A stretch of 64,000 nucleotides of DNA. Origin: Alphaproteobacteria bacterium. Its GTDB lineage: Bacteria > Pseudomonadota > Alphaproteobacteria > MPNO01. The notes beneath the pieces were generated by a model that was not told the origin of the DNA, searched no databases, and saw nothing but the letters and a program-made list of their open reading frames with translations. A program made the position numbers and the translations under genes. The stretch is taken from assembly GCA_965248835.1 (NCBI GenBank), contig CBDFLJ010000001.1, forward strand, positions 2,016,001 to 2,080,000, given 5' to 3'. Shown one piece after another: positions 10,142-19,309 of this stretch (positions are counted from its first letter, which is position 1; every line of letters begins with the position of its first letter).

Positions 10142-11446
10142 TCAGCCGCGGGTCATCTGCTGCGGCAGGAAGGTGGCGATCTCCGGGAAGACGACGAGCA
10201 GGGCGACCGCGACCTGGAGCAGCAGGAAGAAGGGAATCGCCGCGCGCGCGATCTGCAGGATGTTGCGGCCCGTCAGACCTTGCAGCACGAACAGATTGAA
10301 GCCGACCGGCGGGGTGATCTGGGACATCTCGACCACCATGACCAGGTAGATGCCGAACCACATCAGGTCGATGCCGGCGGCCTGGACCATCGGCATGATG
10401 ATCGAGGTGGTGAGCAGCACCACAGAGATGCCGTCGAGAAAGCAGCCGAGGATGATGAAAAAGACCGTCAGCGCCGCGATCAGCCCGTAGCGGCCGAGCC
10501 CCATCTCGCCGATCCACTGGGCAAGCGCGCGCGGGATGCCGGTGAAGCCCATCGCTATGGTCAGGAACGACGCGCCGACGAAGATGAAGCTGATCATGCA
10601 GGTTGTGCGCGTCGCTCCCATCAGGCTGTCGGCCAGGACCTGCCGGCTGAGCCCGCCGGTCGCGCCTGACAGGACCAGCGATCCCAGGACGCCCACGACC
10701 GCCGCCTCGACCGGGGTGGCGATGCCGGCATAGATCGAGCCCAGGACGGCGACGATGAGCAGGACGATCGGCAGCAGCCGGCGGGATTCGTAGACCTTGC
10801 GCCAGAACGTCATCCGGATGTCGTTCTCCGGCGTCTTGCCCGGGTTGAGCAGCGCCCAGACGACGATGAAGCCCATGAACAGCGCGATCAGCATGAGGCC
10901 GGGCAGGATGCCGGCGATGAACAGCCGAGCGATCGAAAGCTCGGCCGCGACTCCGTAGACGATCAGGATGATGGACGGCGGGATCAGCAGGCCCAACGTG
11001 CCGGAGCCCGCGAGCGTTCCGATCGACATGCGCTCGTCATAGCCGCGCTTGTGCAACTCCGGCATCGACATTCGTCCGATGGTCACCGCGGTCGCCGCCG
11101 AGGAACCGGAGATCGCCGAGAAGATCCCGCAAGCGACCACGTTTACGTGCAGCAGGCGGCCTGGCAGCCGGGTCATCCAGGGCGCGATGCCGCGAAACAT
11201 GTCCTCGGACAGCCGCGTGCGGAACAGGATTTCGCCCATCCACACGAACAGCGGCAGGGCGATCAGCGAGAACGTCGTCGTCGAGCCCCAGGTCGTGGTG
11301 GCCAGCACCTGGCCCACCGGCGCGGTGGTGAACACCATCATGGCCAGCACCGCCACGCCGATCAGCGACAGCGCGACCCAGAGGCCGGACCCGAGCAACA
11401 GCAGCAGGACGAAGGTCAGCACCAGCGCGATCGACAGCAGATCCAT
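10142..11446 (-). CDS. dctM: TRAP transporter large permease
   Basis: ALPLF..MGE, SGSSAAT, GTLGLLIPPSI, GIATPVEAA and ITPPVGFNLFV. Confidence 0.93.
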   Translation of the reverse strand: MDLLSIALVLTFVLLLLLGSGLWVALSLIGVAVLAMMVFTTAPVGQVLATTTWGSTTTFSLIALPLFVWMGEILFRTRLSEDMFRGIAPWMTRLPGRLLHVNVVACGIFSAISGSSAATAVTIGRMSMPELHKRGYDERMSIGTLAGSGTLGLLIPPSIILIVYGVAAELSIARLFIAGILPGLMLIALFMGFIVVWALLNPGKTPENDIRMTFWRKVYESRRLLPIVLLIVAVLGSIYAGIATPVEAAVVGVLGSLVLSGATGGLSRQVLADSLMGATRTTCMISFIFVGASFLTIAMGFTGIPRALAQWIGEMGLGRYGLIAALTVFFIILGCFLDGISVVLLTTSIIMPMVQAAGIDLMWFGIYLVMVVEMSQITPPVGFNLFVLQGLTGRNILQIARAAIPFFLLLQVAVALLVVFPEIATFLPQQMTRG

Positions 11447-11462
11447 CTCCGTTCGCGCTCCC

Positions 11463-11999
11463 TTAAGGCTCGCCGCGGGCCTGCATGGCACGCGCGGCCT
11501 CGTCGGCCTCCATCACGACGTGCTGGGGCGTCCGGCCTGCGAGGATCGCGATGAACTCGTCGACGAAGGCGATCGCCAGCACGACGAGGCCGAGCGCGAG
11601 GCCGGATTGCGGGATCCACAACGGCGTCTTGATCAGCCCCTGGCCCAGGTCGCCGAACACGAAGGTCTCGTAGGCGAATGCGCAGAAATGCCAGGCGAAA
11701 TAGACGCTCAGCACGGTGCCCATGCCGAGGCACCAGATCTCGAGCCGGCGCCTCGCCGGCCCGGGCACGCGCTGGAGCAGCATCGAGACCCGGATGTGCT
11801 GGCCACTGGTCAGCGTGTGGGCGAGCCCCAGGAATACCGCCGAGGCGAGGCAGTAGCCGGCGAACTCGGTTGCGGCCGGGATCAGGATGCCGGCCATGCG
11901 CCCGACCACCTCCGCCAGAATGGACAGCGCGATGCACACGATCGACAGCGCGGCCAGGAAGCCGCACCCCTTGTAGAGCCGGTCGAGCAGTCCTCTCAT
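11463..11999 (-). CDS. dctQ: TRAP transporter small permease
   Basis: Four TM segments with an HIRV motif and PLWIP; lies between dctP and dctM. Confidence 0.9.
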   Translation of the reverse strand: MRGLLDRLYKGCGFLAALSIVCIALSILAEVVGRMAGILIPAATEFAGYCLASAVFLGLAHTLTSGQHIRVSMLLQRVPGPARRRLEIWCLGMGTVLSVYFAWHFCAFAYETFVFGDLGQGLIKTPLWIPQSGLALGLVVLAIAFVDEFIAILAGRTPQHVVMEADEAARAMQARGEP

Positions 12000-12008
12000 G
12001 GATCAGGG

Positions 12009-12039
12009 CGGCGGGACGGGCGGATCACCCGTCCCGCCG
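12009..12039 (-). terminator. Intercistronic stem-loop after dctP
   Basis: 12-bp perfect inverted repeat CGGCGGGACGGG / CCCGTCCCGCCG just downstream of the dctP stop. Confidence 0.55.
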
Positions 12040-12044
12040 AAACC

Positions 12045-13022
12045 TCATTTCGAGGCGTTGTAGGCGTCCAGGATCTTCTGGCCGTCGGGCCCCGCCTTGG
12101 ATAGCCACTCCTGGAGCAGTTTCGCCCCCACGGCGTGCAGCCCGTTCATCAGCGCGGGCTTGGCCGGTACCACGGTCAGGTTCTTGGCGAGGATACCGAC
12201 CATCTTGTCGTGCTCCTGGGAGCTCCAGCCCCAGCCGCGCGGCTCGGCGCGGGCGGCGGCATCGAGGATCGCCTGCCGGCTCGCCTTGCTCAGCCGCCGC
12301 AGGGCGCGGGTGTTGACCATGACCATGTTCTTGCCGAGCCCGGCCTTGGTGTCGTGATAGTGGCTGAGATAGTCCCACGACTTGGTGAGCACGCCGGTGG
12401 TCGCCGAGGTGACCATCGCATCGACGATCCCGGTCGAGAACGCCTGCGGGATATCGACGAGCTGCACCGTGGTCGGCGCGGCACCGACGGCGACGGCAAA
12501 CCGCGAGACGGTGGCGTTGTAGGCGCGGAACTTGAGCCCCTTGAAGTCGTCCGCCGTCACCAGCTCCTTCTTGGCGTAAAAGCCCTGCGGCGGCCACGGG
12601 ACCGAATAGAGCAGCGTCATGCCCTTCTTGGCCAGCCGGTCGGAGATGAAAGGCTTGGAGGCCTTCCACAGCCGCCTGCCCTCGTCATAGGTCTGGGCGA
12701 AGAACAGCAGCGAACCGACCTCGTAGACCCGATCCTCGTTGGCGAGCAGGGAGACCACCGTCTCGCCCATCTGGACCTGACCGGTCTGCACCGCCCGGCT
12801 GATCTCCGGCAGCTTGAACAGCGAGGACGCGCTGTGCACGGTGATCTGCACATCGCCCTTGGTCTCGGCTGCGATCTCCTTGACGAACTGATAGATGTTC
12901 TTGGTGTGGAAGAACGGATCGGGATAGGCCGTTGCCATGTTCCATTTGTTGGCGGCGAGCGCGCCGCCGCCCAGCATGCATCCCGCGATGCCGATCGCGA
13001 TTGCCGATGTCGTGATCCTCAT
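12045..13022 (-). CDS. dctP: TRAP transporter substrate-binding protein
   Basis: Signal peptide, then WNMATAYP, DFKGLKFR and AFSTGIVDA; heads the dctPQM operon. Confidence 0.92.
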   Translation of the reverse strand: MRITTSAIAIGIAGCMLGGGALAANKWNMATAYPDPFFHTKNIYQFVKEIAAETKGDVQITVHSASSLFKLPEISRAVQTGQVQMGETVVSLLANEDRVYEVGSLLFFAQTYDEGRRLWKASKPFISDRLAKKGMTLLYSVPWPPQGFYAKKELVTADDFKGLKFRAYNATVSRFAVAVGAAPTTVQLVDIPQAFSTGIVDAMVTSATTGVLTKSWDYLSHYHDTKAGLGKNMVMVNTRALRRLSKASRQAILDAAARAEPRGWGWSSQEHDKMVGILAKNLTVVPAKPALMNGLHAVGAKLLQEWLSKAGPDGQKILDAYNASK

Positions 13023-13066
13023 ATTCCGTGCCTCGCTGTTTCGATCCGCCGCTTCCGGCCGGCAGT

Positions 13067-13225
13067 GTCGCACCAACATCAAGGGCCATCAACCGTTGGG
13101 CAAAGGCACGATTACCGGCGAATGTCGCCGCCCGGCGCATGATCGGGGGATCGGATATGAACACACCGATGCCCAAGCCGGCGGCCCGGTCCGGGAGGGC
13201 GATGAAGCCGAAGATGAAGCCGCTC
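13067..13225 (+). repeat. Diverged ~160-bp direct repeat, copy 1 (upstream region plus first 23 codons of a cysteine-hydrolase paralog)
   Basis: GTCGCACCAACATCAAGGGCCATCAACCGTTGGGC is identical to the sequence at 15145. It encodes MNTPMPKPAARSGRAMKPKMKPL versus MNTSTPKQTSRPGRAVKPKMKPL at 15236. Confidence 0.9.
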
Positions 13226-13297
13226 ATGGGTTCTGAGCCTGGAGTCGCGAAGCCTCGTTTCCTGTAGGTTCCCGATCGGCACACCTGAATTCTTGGG

Positions 13298-13567
13298 TGG
13301 GAGCGGCTCAAGACGCTTGGCAGCGGAGAAGACAAGAAGGCGCAAGTAAATGCCCTTCTGGACCAAACTGCCGGTACATCCGCTCCCAAATTCCAAGAGG
13401 CGCTAGAGAACGAGGCGAAGGAACTAACCAAGATCGGCAATAATCGACAGATACGCCATTCCGAGACCAATCAAGAACGTCTTACCGACAGTAGGCACGT
13501 CGATTATCTCTTCCATCGCCTATTCGCCATCATTCAAGTGATACTCCGAATGAATGGGCGATCTTGA
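13298..13567 (+). pseudogene. C-terminal fragment of an AbiJ-type HEPN-domain protein
   Basis: Startless frame after an in-frame TGA at 13286: WERLKTLGSGEDKKAQ...LENEAKELTKIGNNRQIRHSETNQERL...VDYLFHRLF. The segment is visibly AT-richer than its flanks. Confidence 0.65.
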
Positions 13568-13614
13568 GGCCTTCGGAGGCATTGTTTGGTTTCGTTTCAA
13601 TTGGTTGTTGTCAA

Positions 13615-13714
13615 CGGCGCCGTGCAGAAACAGAAGCGGAGGGCCTTCGCCACCGCGCAGGACGCTCACGGTGCAGTCCCTCACTGTCAGAGGCGCTTTG
13701 GCAAGTCTGGTCAC
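13615..13714 (-). pseudogene. 5' fragment of an alpha/beta hydrolase
   Basis: MTRLAKAPLTVRDCTVSVLRGGEGPPLLFLHGA (G.G.PL..LHG motif) with a GAGGAG RBS; similarity stops abruptly at the AT-rich segment. Confidence 0.7.
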
Positions 13715-13851
13715 GTCGTTCCGCTCCTCACGTGTCGATAGCAGCGGGAAAAGCGACGGCTATCCTGCGGTGCAACTGTCGCCGATGAAATCGGCGGTGC
13801 CGGTGATGCCGCTGGCGGCCGGCCGCGCCACGGCATCCCGCCGCTCGCGAG

Positions 13852-13882
13852 ACGGTGCGCCGCCGCAGAGGCGGCGCACCGT
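13852..13882 (-). terminator. Strong stem-loop downstream of the second dctP
   Basis: 13-bp perfect stem ACGGTGCGCCGCC-GCAGA-GGCGGCGCACCGT. Confidence 0.55.
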
Positions 13883-13926
13883 GCCAATCGGGTGCTTGGT
13901 GCGGGCCGTCACCGGCGGCTGCAGCC

Positions 13927-14940
13927 TTAGTTGTACTTGGCGGCGGCGGCTTGGAGCATCTCGAAGACCTGCTTGACCTGCGGCAGGTCCTTGACCACCG
14001 ACTCGCCCACCGCGACCAGCCGTTTGCGCATCTCTTCCTTCTCGGCCGGGGTCAGGTCGTAGATCACGCCGCCATTGGTCTTCCACGCCCCTTCGTTCTT
14101 GGCCAGGAACGCTTCGCTGAACGACAGCGTCTCCCAGTCGGTGTTCTGGCCCTCTTCCATCAGGACCCGACGGATGTCGCCCGGCAGCTTTCGCATCCAT
14201 GCCGGGTTGGCGATGGTCTCGACGCAGATCGTCGATTCCAGGGTACGGGTCAGGTGCTTGGTCACCGACCAGTATTTGAAGGTCACGAAGATCGCCAGCC
14301 CGCTTTTCATGCCGTCGACCGTTCCGCGCTGCAGCGCCTGCAACGCCTCGAGCAGCGGGATCGGGGCGGGCGCGGCGCCGAGTTGACGTATGGTCTGGCG
14401 TTCCATGTCGCTGGCGAAGACACGGATCTTCTTGCCCTGGAAATCGGCCAGTCGCTTGATCGGCTTGCGCGAGACGTAATGCGCGAGATCCCCGCAATAG
14501 ATGCCGATCCCGGTGATGCTTTTGCTGTCGCCCATCGAGAAGAACATTTTCTTGAAGTCGGGATCGTGCAGCGCGTTCTGGGCGTGGCGCAGGTCGCGGA
14601 ACAGGCCGGGCGCGGAGGTCACCATGTAGCGCTTGTCGATGCCGACGAAGAAGTCCGGCGGCAGCAGGGTCATCTCCTGGGTGCCGAGCTGGACGCCTTC
14701 GATCTGGCGGGGGATGCCGCCGAGCTGGCCGGCCGGAAAGACACGGACATCGACCCGATTGCCGATGCGGCGCTCGACGTTCTTTTCGAAATTGAGCATC
14801 CACTGATGGACGGTGTCCTTGATGGTCACCGAGCCGATCTTGATGTCGATCTTCTTTTGCGCCGCGACCGGCGCGCCGCCGGCGACGGCCAGAAGCGCGA
14901 CGAAAGCGGCCAACACGGTCATTTTCACGGAAGCCGTCAT
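13927..14940 (-). CDS. dctP: TRAP transporter substrate-binding protein (second DctP, no adjacent permease)
   Basis: Signal peptide, VFPAGQLG...QIEGVQLGT, DFQGKKIR, LGA.P.PI..E...ALQRGTVDG. Confidence 0.88.
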   Translation of the reverse strand: MTASVKMTVLAAFVALLAVAGGAPVAAQKKIDIKIGSVTIKDTVHQWMLNFEKNVERRIGNRVDVRVFPAGQLGGIPRQIEGVQLGTQEMTLLPPDFFVGIDKRYMVTSAPGLFRDLRHAQNALHDPDFKKMFFSMGDSKSITGIGIYCGDLAHYVSRKPIKRLADFQGKKIRVFASDMERQTIRQLGAAPAPIPLLEALQALQRGTVDGMKSGLAIFVTFKYWSVTKHLTRTLESTICVETIANPAWMRKLPGDIRRVLMEEGQNTDWETLSFSEAFLAKNEGAWKTNGGVIYDLTPAEKEEMRKRLVAVGESVVKDLPQVKQVFEMLQAAAAKYN

Positions 14941-15024
14941 GAGATCCCCAACTGCCGATATGATGCTGTCGCCAGCAACATCGTCGGCCCATGCCGCAAA
15001 ATACCAGGCGTTCCCGATCCGCAT
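14941..15024 (-). pseudogene. 5' relic of a Rieske aromatic oxygenase/O-demethylase, in frame with dctP
   Basis: MRIGNAWYFAAWADDVAGDSIISA resembles the N.WY.AAW..E/D start of VanA-type oxygenases; it has its own AAGGA RBS. Confidence 0.55.
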
Positions 15025-15063
15025 TCGAGAATCCTTGTGCCGTTTGTCGTTTGATTTCTTGCT

Positions 15064-15075
15064 GTTGGTACCAAC
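15064..15075. promoter_or_regulatory. Perfect palindrome, candidate GntR/FadR-type operator
   Basis: GTTGGTACCAAC in the AT-rich divergent promoter region; a related GTGGTCCAC lies at 15085-15093. Confidence 0.45.
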
Positions 15076-15144
15076 CCTAAATATGTGGTCCACTATTTAC
15101 AATCATCAGAATTTGAGCGGCCAACGGGACGACGACCCCGCTAA

Positions 15145-15304
15145 GTCGCACCAACATCAAGGGCCATCAACCGTTGGGCGGCGGCACGATTGTCGGCTAA
15201 CGTCATCGCCCGGCGCATGATCAGGGGGATCCGACATGAACACATCGACGCCCAAGCAGACGAGCAGGCCCGGGAGGGCGGTGAAGCCGAAGATGAAGCC
15301 GCTC
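15145..15304 (+). repeat. Diverged ~160-bp direct repeat, copy 2
   Basis: Matches 13067-13225; this copy leads into the intact cysteine hydrolase gene. Confidence 0.9.
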
Positions 15305-16048
15305 GGCACCTGGCCGAGCCGTCAGTGGCTGGTCGGCGAGCGGGCGGTCGACATGGCAACGCCGGGGCCTGTGCCGCAGCCGCTGACCTTCGAGGCGCGC
15401 CCGCAACAACTGACCATCGACGTCGGACGATCGGCACTGATCGTCGTCGACATGCAGAACGATTTCTGCGGACCGGGCGGCTGGCTGGATTCGCTGGGTG
15501 TCGACATCGCGCCCAACCGGGCGCCGATCAAGCCGCTGGCCCGGCTGGTGCCGGGGTTGCGCAGGGCGGGCATGCCGATCATCTGGCTCAACTGGGGCAA
15601 CCGCCCGGACCGGCTGAACATGACGCCGGGCGATCTGCGCATGTGCACACCGACGGGCGAGGGCATCGGCTTCGGCGACCCGCTGCCCGGCAGCGGCGCA
15701 CGGGTGCTGGAAAAGGACAGTTGGGCGGCCGCGGTGGTCGACGAACTGAAGCAGAAGCCGCAGGATATACGGGTCGACAAGCATCGCCTGAGCGGGTTCT
15801 GGGGCACCCAGCTCGACCCCATCCTGCGCAATATGGGCGTCAACTGCCTCCTGTTCGCCGGCGTCAACACCGACGTCTGCGTGATGTCGACGCTGCAGGA
15901 CGCCCAGTTCAACGGCTTCGGCTGCGTGCTGGTGGAGGATTGCTGCGGCACGACCAGCCCGGATTTCTGCACCCGGGCGACGGTCTGGCAGGTCGAGAAC
16001 ATTTACGGCTTCGTCTCGGACTCGGCGAAGATCCTGGCCGCGCTATAG
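15236..16048 (+). CDS. Isochorismatase-family cysteine hydrolase (RutB/biuret-hydrolase-like)
   Basis: ALIVVDMQNDF (Asp), DKHRLSGF (Lys) and FAGVNTDVCV (Cys) form the catalytic triad. Confidence 0.87.
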   Translation: MNTSTPKQTSRPGRAVKPKMKPLGTWPSRQWLVGERAVDMATPGPVPQPLTFEARPQQLTIDVGRSALIVVDMQNDFCGPGGWLDSLGVDIAPNRAPIKPLARLVPGLRRAGMPIIWLNWGNRPDRLNMTPGDLRMCTPTGEGIGFGDPLPGSGARVLEKDSWAAAVVDELKQKPQDIRVDKHRLSGFWGTQLDPILRNMGVNCLLFAGVNTDVCVMSTLQDAQFNGFGCVLVEDCCGTTSPDFCTRATVWQVENIYGFVSDSAKILAAL

Positions 16049-16244
16049 GCCCGCGGTTCGGCAGCGTCTTGCCCCTTCCACGAAGCCGTCAACGCGCAAA
16101 TGTCGAGGTGGTGTTCCCGGCGACATGAACCAGGACACAATCTTGCGGCAGCGAGGAGGGCTTGTTACCGTGCTTGCCGACACAGGCGCACATCAAGCGG
16201 GCGCCAGGGCCGCCCAACAACAAGCAATTGGGAGGAAACGCAAC

Positions 16245-17480
16245 ATGTCCATCAAGCGTCGTTCATTCGTCAAGACCTCGGCTGCCGGCGCCGCGGCGCT
16301 GGCCGCGGGACCGTATTTCTGGCCGAAGGGAGCGTCGGCCGCCGACACCATCGTCGCCGGCGCGATCTACGACCTGTCTGGAGCGCTCCAACTCTTCGGC
16401 GTCAACCAGTGGGCCTGCGCCAAGATGGCGATCGACGAGATCAACGAGGCCGGCGGCGTGCTCGGCAAGAAGCTCGAGGTCAAGACCTACGATTCGCAGT
16501 CGCAGATGCAGTTCTACAACCAGTACGCCAAGAAGATGGCGCTGCGCGACAAGGCGGCAGTGGTCCAGGGCGGGCTGACGAGCTCCTCGCGCGAGGTGAT
16601 CCGTCCGCTGCTGAACCGGCTGAAGACGCTCTACATCTACAACACCAACTACGAAGGCGGCGTGTGCGACCGCAACTTCTTCTCCACCGGGGCGACACCG
16701 GGCGGCTATGTCGACCTGCTCTCGGGCGAGGCGATGAAGCGCTGGGGCAAGAGCGTCTACATCATGGCCGCGGACTACAATTACGGCCAGATCACCGCCA
16801 AATGGATCCGCAAGGCGGTCAAGGACGCCGGCGGCAAGGTGGTGGGCGAGGAGTTCTTCCCGCTCGACGTCAACCAGTTCGGCCCGACGATCAGCAAGAT
16901 CCAGGCGGCCAAGCCCGACTTCGTGATGAACGTCTTCGTCGGCCCGGCGCACGCCTCGTTCTACGGCCAGTGGGCGGCCGCGGGCATGAACAAGCGTATC
17001 CCGATGGTGTCCACCACCTTCGGCGCGAGCGGCGAGGTGGTGCGTATGCCGCCGGAAATCGCCGACGGCATTCTCACCTGCTATTCCTATTACGAGGACC
17101 TTGACCTGCCGTTCAACAAGACCTGGCTTGCCAAGTTCCGCCAGCGCAACGGCACCGACTACGGCTATCTGACCGACGTGCCGCCCAAGGACTGGTACGG
17201 CTGGCACATGTGGGCCGCGGCGGCCAACAAAGCCGGCTCGGTCGACCGCGAAAAGGTGATCGAGGCGCTGGAGGGCCTGACCATCGACGGCCCCGGCGGG
17301 CCGTTGACGATGGACAAGACGACCCACCACTGCTCGATGGACATGTATATCGGCCAGGCCAAGGGCGGGAAATTCGAGATCCAGAAGAAGTTCGCGAAGA
17401 TCCCGCCGACCAACACCGGCAACCAGTGCGACCTGGTCGCCCGGCCCGGCACCAACATCATGTACGAGCCCAAGATCTGA
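16245..17480 (+). CDS. UrtA/AmiC-like amide or urea ABC substrate-binding protein, Tat-exported
   Basis: MSIKRRSFVK twin-arginine signal; AIDEINEAGGVLG, GG.TSSSRE.IRP, Y.YNT.YEGG and ADYNYG. Confidence 0.85.
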   Translation: MSIKRRSFVKTSAAGAAALAAGPYFWPKGASAADTIVAGAIYDLSGALQLFGVNQWACAKMAIDEINEAGGVLGKKLEVKTYDSQSQMQFYNQYAKKMALRDKAAVVQGGLTSSSREVIRPLLNRLKTLYIYNTNYEGGVCDRNFFSTGATPGGYVDLLSGEAMKRWGKSVYIMAADYNYGQITAKWIRKAVKDAGGKVVGEEFFPLDVNQFGPTISKIQAAKPDFVMNVFVGPAHASFYGQWAAAGMNKRIPMVSTTFGASGEVVRMPPEIADGILTCYSYYEDLDLPFNKTWLAKFRQRNGTDYGYLTDVPPKDWYGWHMWAAAANKAGSVDREKVIEALEGLTIDGPGGPLTMDKTTHHCSMDMYIGQAKGGKFEIQKKFAKIPPTNTGNQCDLVARPGTNIMYEPKI

Positions 17481-17487
17481 TCTCCAG

Positions 17488-17525
17488 CCCACTGACGCCC
17501 GCCGCAATCGGCGGGCGTCAGTGGG
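17488..17525. terminator. Bidirectional terminator-like hairpin between convergent genes
   Basis: 17-bp perfect stem CCCACTGACGCCCGCCG-CAAT-CGGCGGGCGTCAGTGGG overlapping the stop codon of the minus-strand gene. Confidence 0.7.
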
Positions 17526-19215
17526 TGTCGAAGACCTCCTGATAGAGCTCGATCGCGGCGTGGATCGCCGACAACTCGGCTTGCGTCGGGTTGTCGGGAT
17601 CGGACGCGGCAGGCAGGCTGCCGAACTTCATCAAGCTGGCCATCAGCAACAGCCGCGCCTTGGTGGCGGTCAGGTTCGCGCCCGAGATGTGGCAGGGGTC
17701 GTAATCCGCCCACCCCTGGGGCTTGCCGCGCCCGACGCGGACCACCGGCAGGCCGCACATCACCGCCTTGAGCATCGCCCTGCGGCGCGCCTCCGAGGTC
17801 GGCAAGCCGTAGGGCACGAGCCCCTCATAGACGAAGCCGGCCAGCCGCCCGAGCCCGAGCTTGTGGTCGATCGAGGCGATCAGATCGGCCTCGATCGCGG
17901 GATCGTCGCCGACTTCGAGCCCGGCATAGCCGCCGTCCTTGACGATCGAGACCACGGGCACCGCATCGCCGCGCAGCTTGCCGTCCGCGTCCTTCACCGC
18001 GACCGCGATGCGTTCGATCCCGTTGCCGCCCCGGCGGACCGCGCCGGTCGTCTCGGGCAGACGTGTGAGGTTCACCTCCGAGAGATAGGTGTGCTTATAG
18101 ACCGGTAGATAGGTCATCATGATCCGGCCGGTATAGTGGATCTGGCCGATGATCCCGCCGTGGCCGCCGGTCGCGACATAGCCGCCCGGGCGCGCATCGA
18201 CCTTGGCGACCTCGCGGCCGGCGAAGATCTGCTGTTCCTGGATGACCACCGAGCCGCAGCGGTCGCGGCCCTCTTCATCGGCCCAGATGCGCGATGAGAT
18301 GTAGCGCACCGAATCGACGATGTTCGCCGGCCCGTCATTGCTGATCTGGCCCTGCGGGCGCTGGGCGGCGTTGCCGCAGATCGGCCGGGCGGTGTCGATC
18401 AGCAGGTTGAACCAATAGGCGCTGTCCTCGACATCGGGGCTGCCTTGGGTCCAGATCACCCCGTCATAGGCGCCGCCCGACGCCAGGGCCTGCATGTCAT
18501 TGGTCGCCTTGGCCAGCATCGGCCGGGTCGGCGCCGAGGTCAGGTGGAAGGGCTTGTAGGGGTAGAAGTGCTCGCCCCGGCGCTCGGGCGGGATGTCCCC
18601 CTCGCCGACATCGGCGCGCAGGTGGGCCGGCAGACCCTTCTTGAAGCCGCCCGGCGGCACGCCACGGTAGAAATCGACCTCGGCGCGCGAGGAAATCATG
18701 CTGGCATGGCCGGCATCATCGACCGACAGCCGGTCGATCTCCTCGAAGCTGCGCGAGCCGTCGGGGAAGAAGCCCTGGCGGGCCCCCTCCTCGGGCGCGC
18801 CGGGATGGGTGCACTCCTCTTCCCAGGCCTCGCCGTCGGCCTGGCGCGCCATGTAGGGCAGCGGATAGAGCCCGTCCTCGGGCCGGAGCTCGATCTCGTA
18901 GACCGGTTTGTCCTCGGCGGCCTGGCGTTCGCTGTGGAAGACGCCGTCGGCGCCTATGAAGCCGTCCGGCAGCCCGTAGAGCTCCGCCGCATCGGCCTCC
19001 AGCGGATGGGCCGAGAACTGCTCGACATAGACAGTCGCCGGCGCCGCAAGGCGTTGGGCGCGCAAGGCATCGAACTTGTGCGGCGTTCCGTCTGCGGCGC
19101 TCAGCAACTTCAGGCCGTGCCTGGCGCGCGCCTTGTTGGAGGTCACCAGCGGCGGCGTGTTCTGGATCGTCGCCAACGGCCCGGCCAGGTGTGCAATGCG
19201 GACTTTTTCGGACAT
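17518..19215 (-). CDS. Asparaginase/glutaminase-domain protein (large, atypical)
   Basis: YDGVIWTQGS..VED.AYW..L, AQRP.....NDGPANI, GLPVVRVGR and NL...KARLLLM. Confidence 0.7.
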   Translation of the reverse strand: MSEKVRIAHLAGPLATIQNTPPLVTSNKARARHGLKLLSAADGTPHKFDALRAQRLAAPATVYVEQFSAHPLEADAAELYGLPDGFIGADGVFHSERQAAEDKPVYEIELRPEDGLYPLPYMARQADGEAWEEECTHPGAPEEGARQGFFPDGSRSFEEIDRLSVDDAGHASMISSRAEVDFYRGVPPGGFKKGLPAHLRADVGEGDIPPERRGEHFYPYKPFHLTSAPTRPMLAKATNDMQALASGGAYDGVIWTQGSPDVEDSAYWFNLLIDTARPICGNAAQRPQGQISNDGPANIVDSVRYISSRIWADEEGRDRCGSVVIQEQQIFAGREVAKVDARPGGYVATGGHGGIIGQIHYTGRIMMTYLPVYKHTYLSEVNLTRLPETTGAVRRGGNGIERIAVAVKDADGKLRGDAVPVVSIVKDGGYAGLEVGDDPAIEADLIASIDHKLGLGRLAGFVYEGLVPYGLPTSEARRRAMLKAVMCGLPVVRVGRGKPQGWADYDPCHISGANLTATKARLLLMASLMKFGSLPAASDPDNPTQAELSAIHAAIELYQEVFDTH

Positions 19216-19309
19216 CGCTCGACTCCCCCTGTTTCAGGCGGAGTCTAGGGCGGTGGCGAGAAGCAGCGCAACAACGCATGACCGCGGCCCGACCGGCACC
19301 GTCGGCGTT

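Noticed and set aside
13103-13120. Sigma-54 promoter in the duplicated cassette (GGCACGATT...)
   Set aside because: The GC is 11 nt rather than 10 nt from the GG in both copies, and there is no TTGC.
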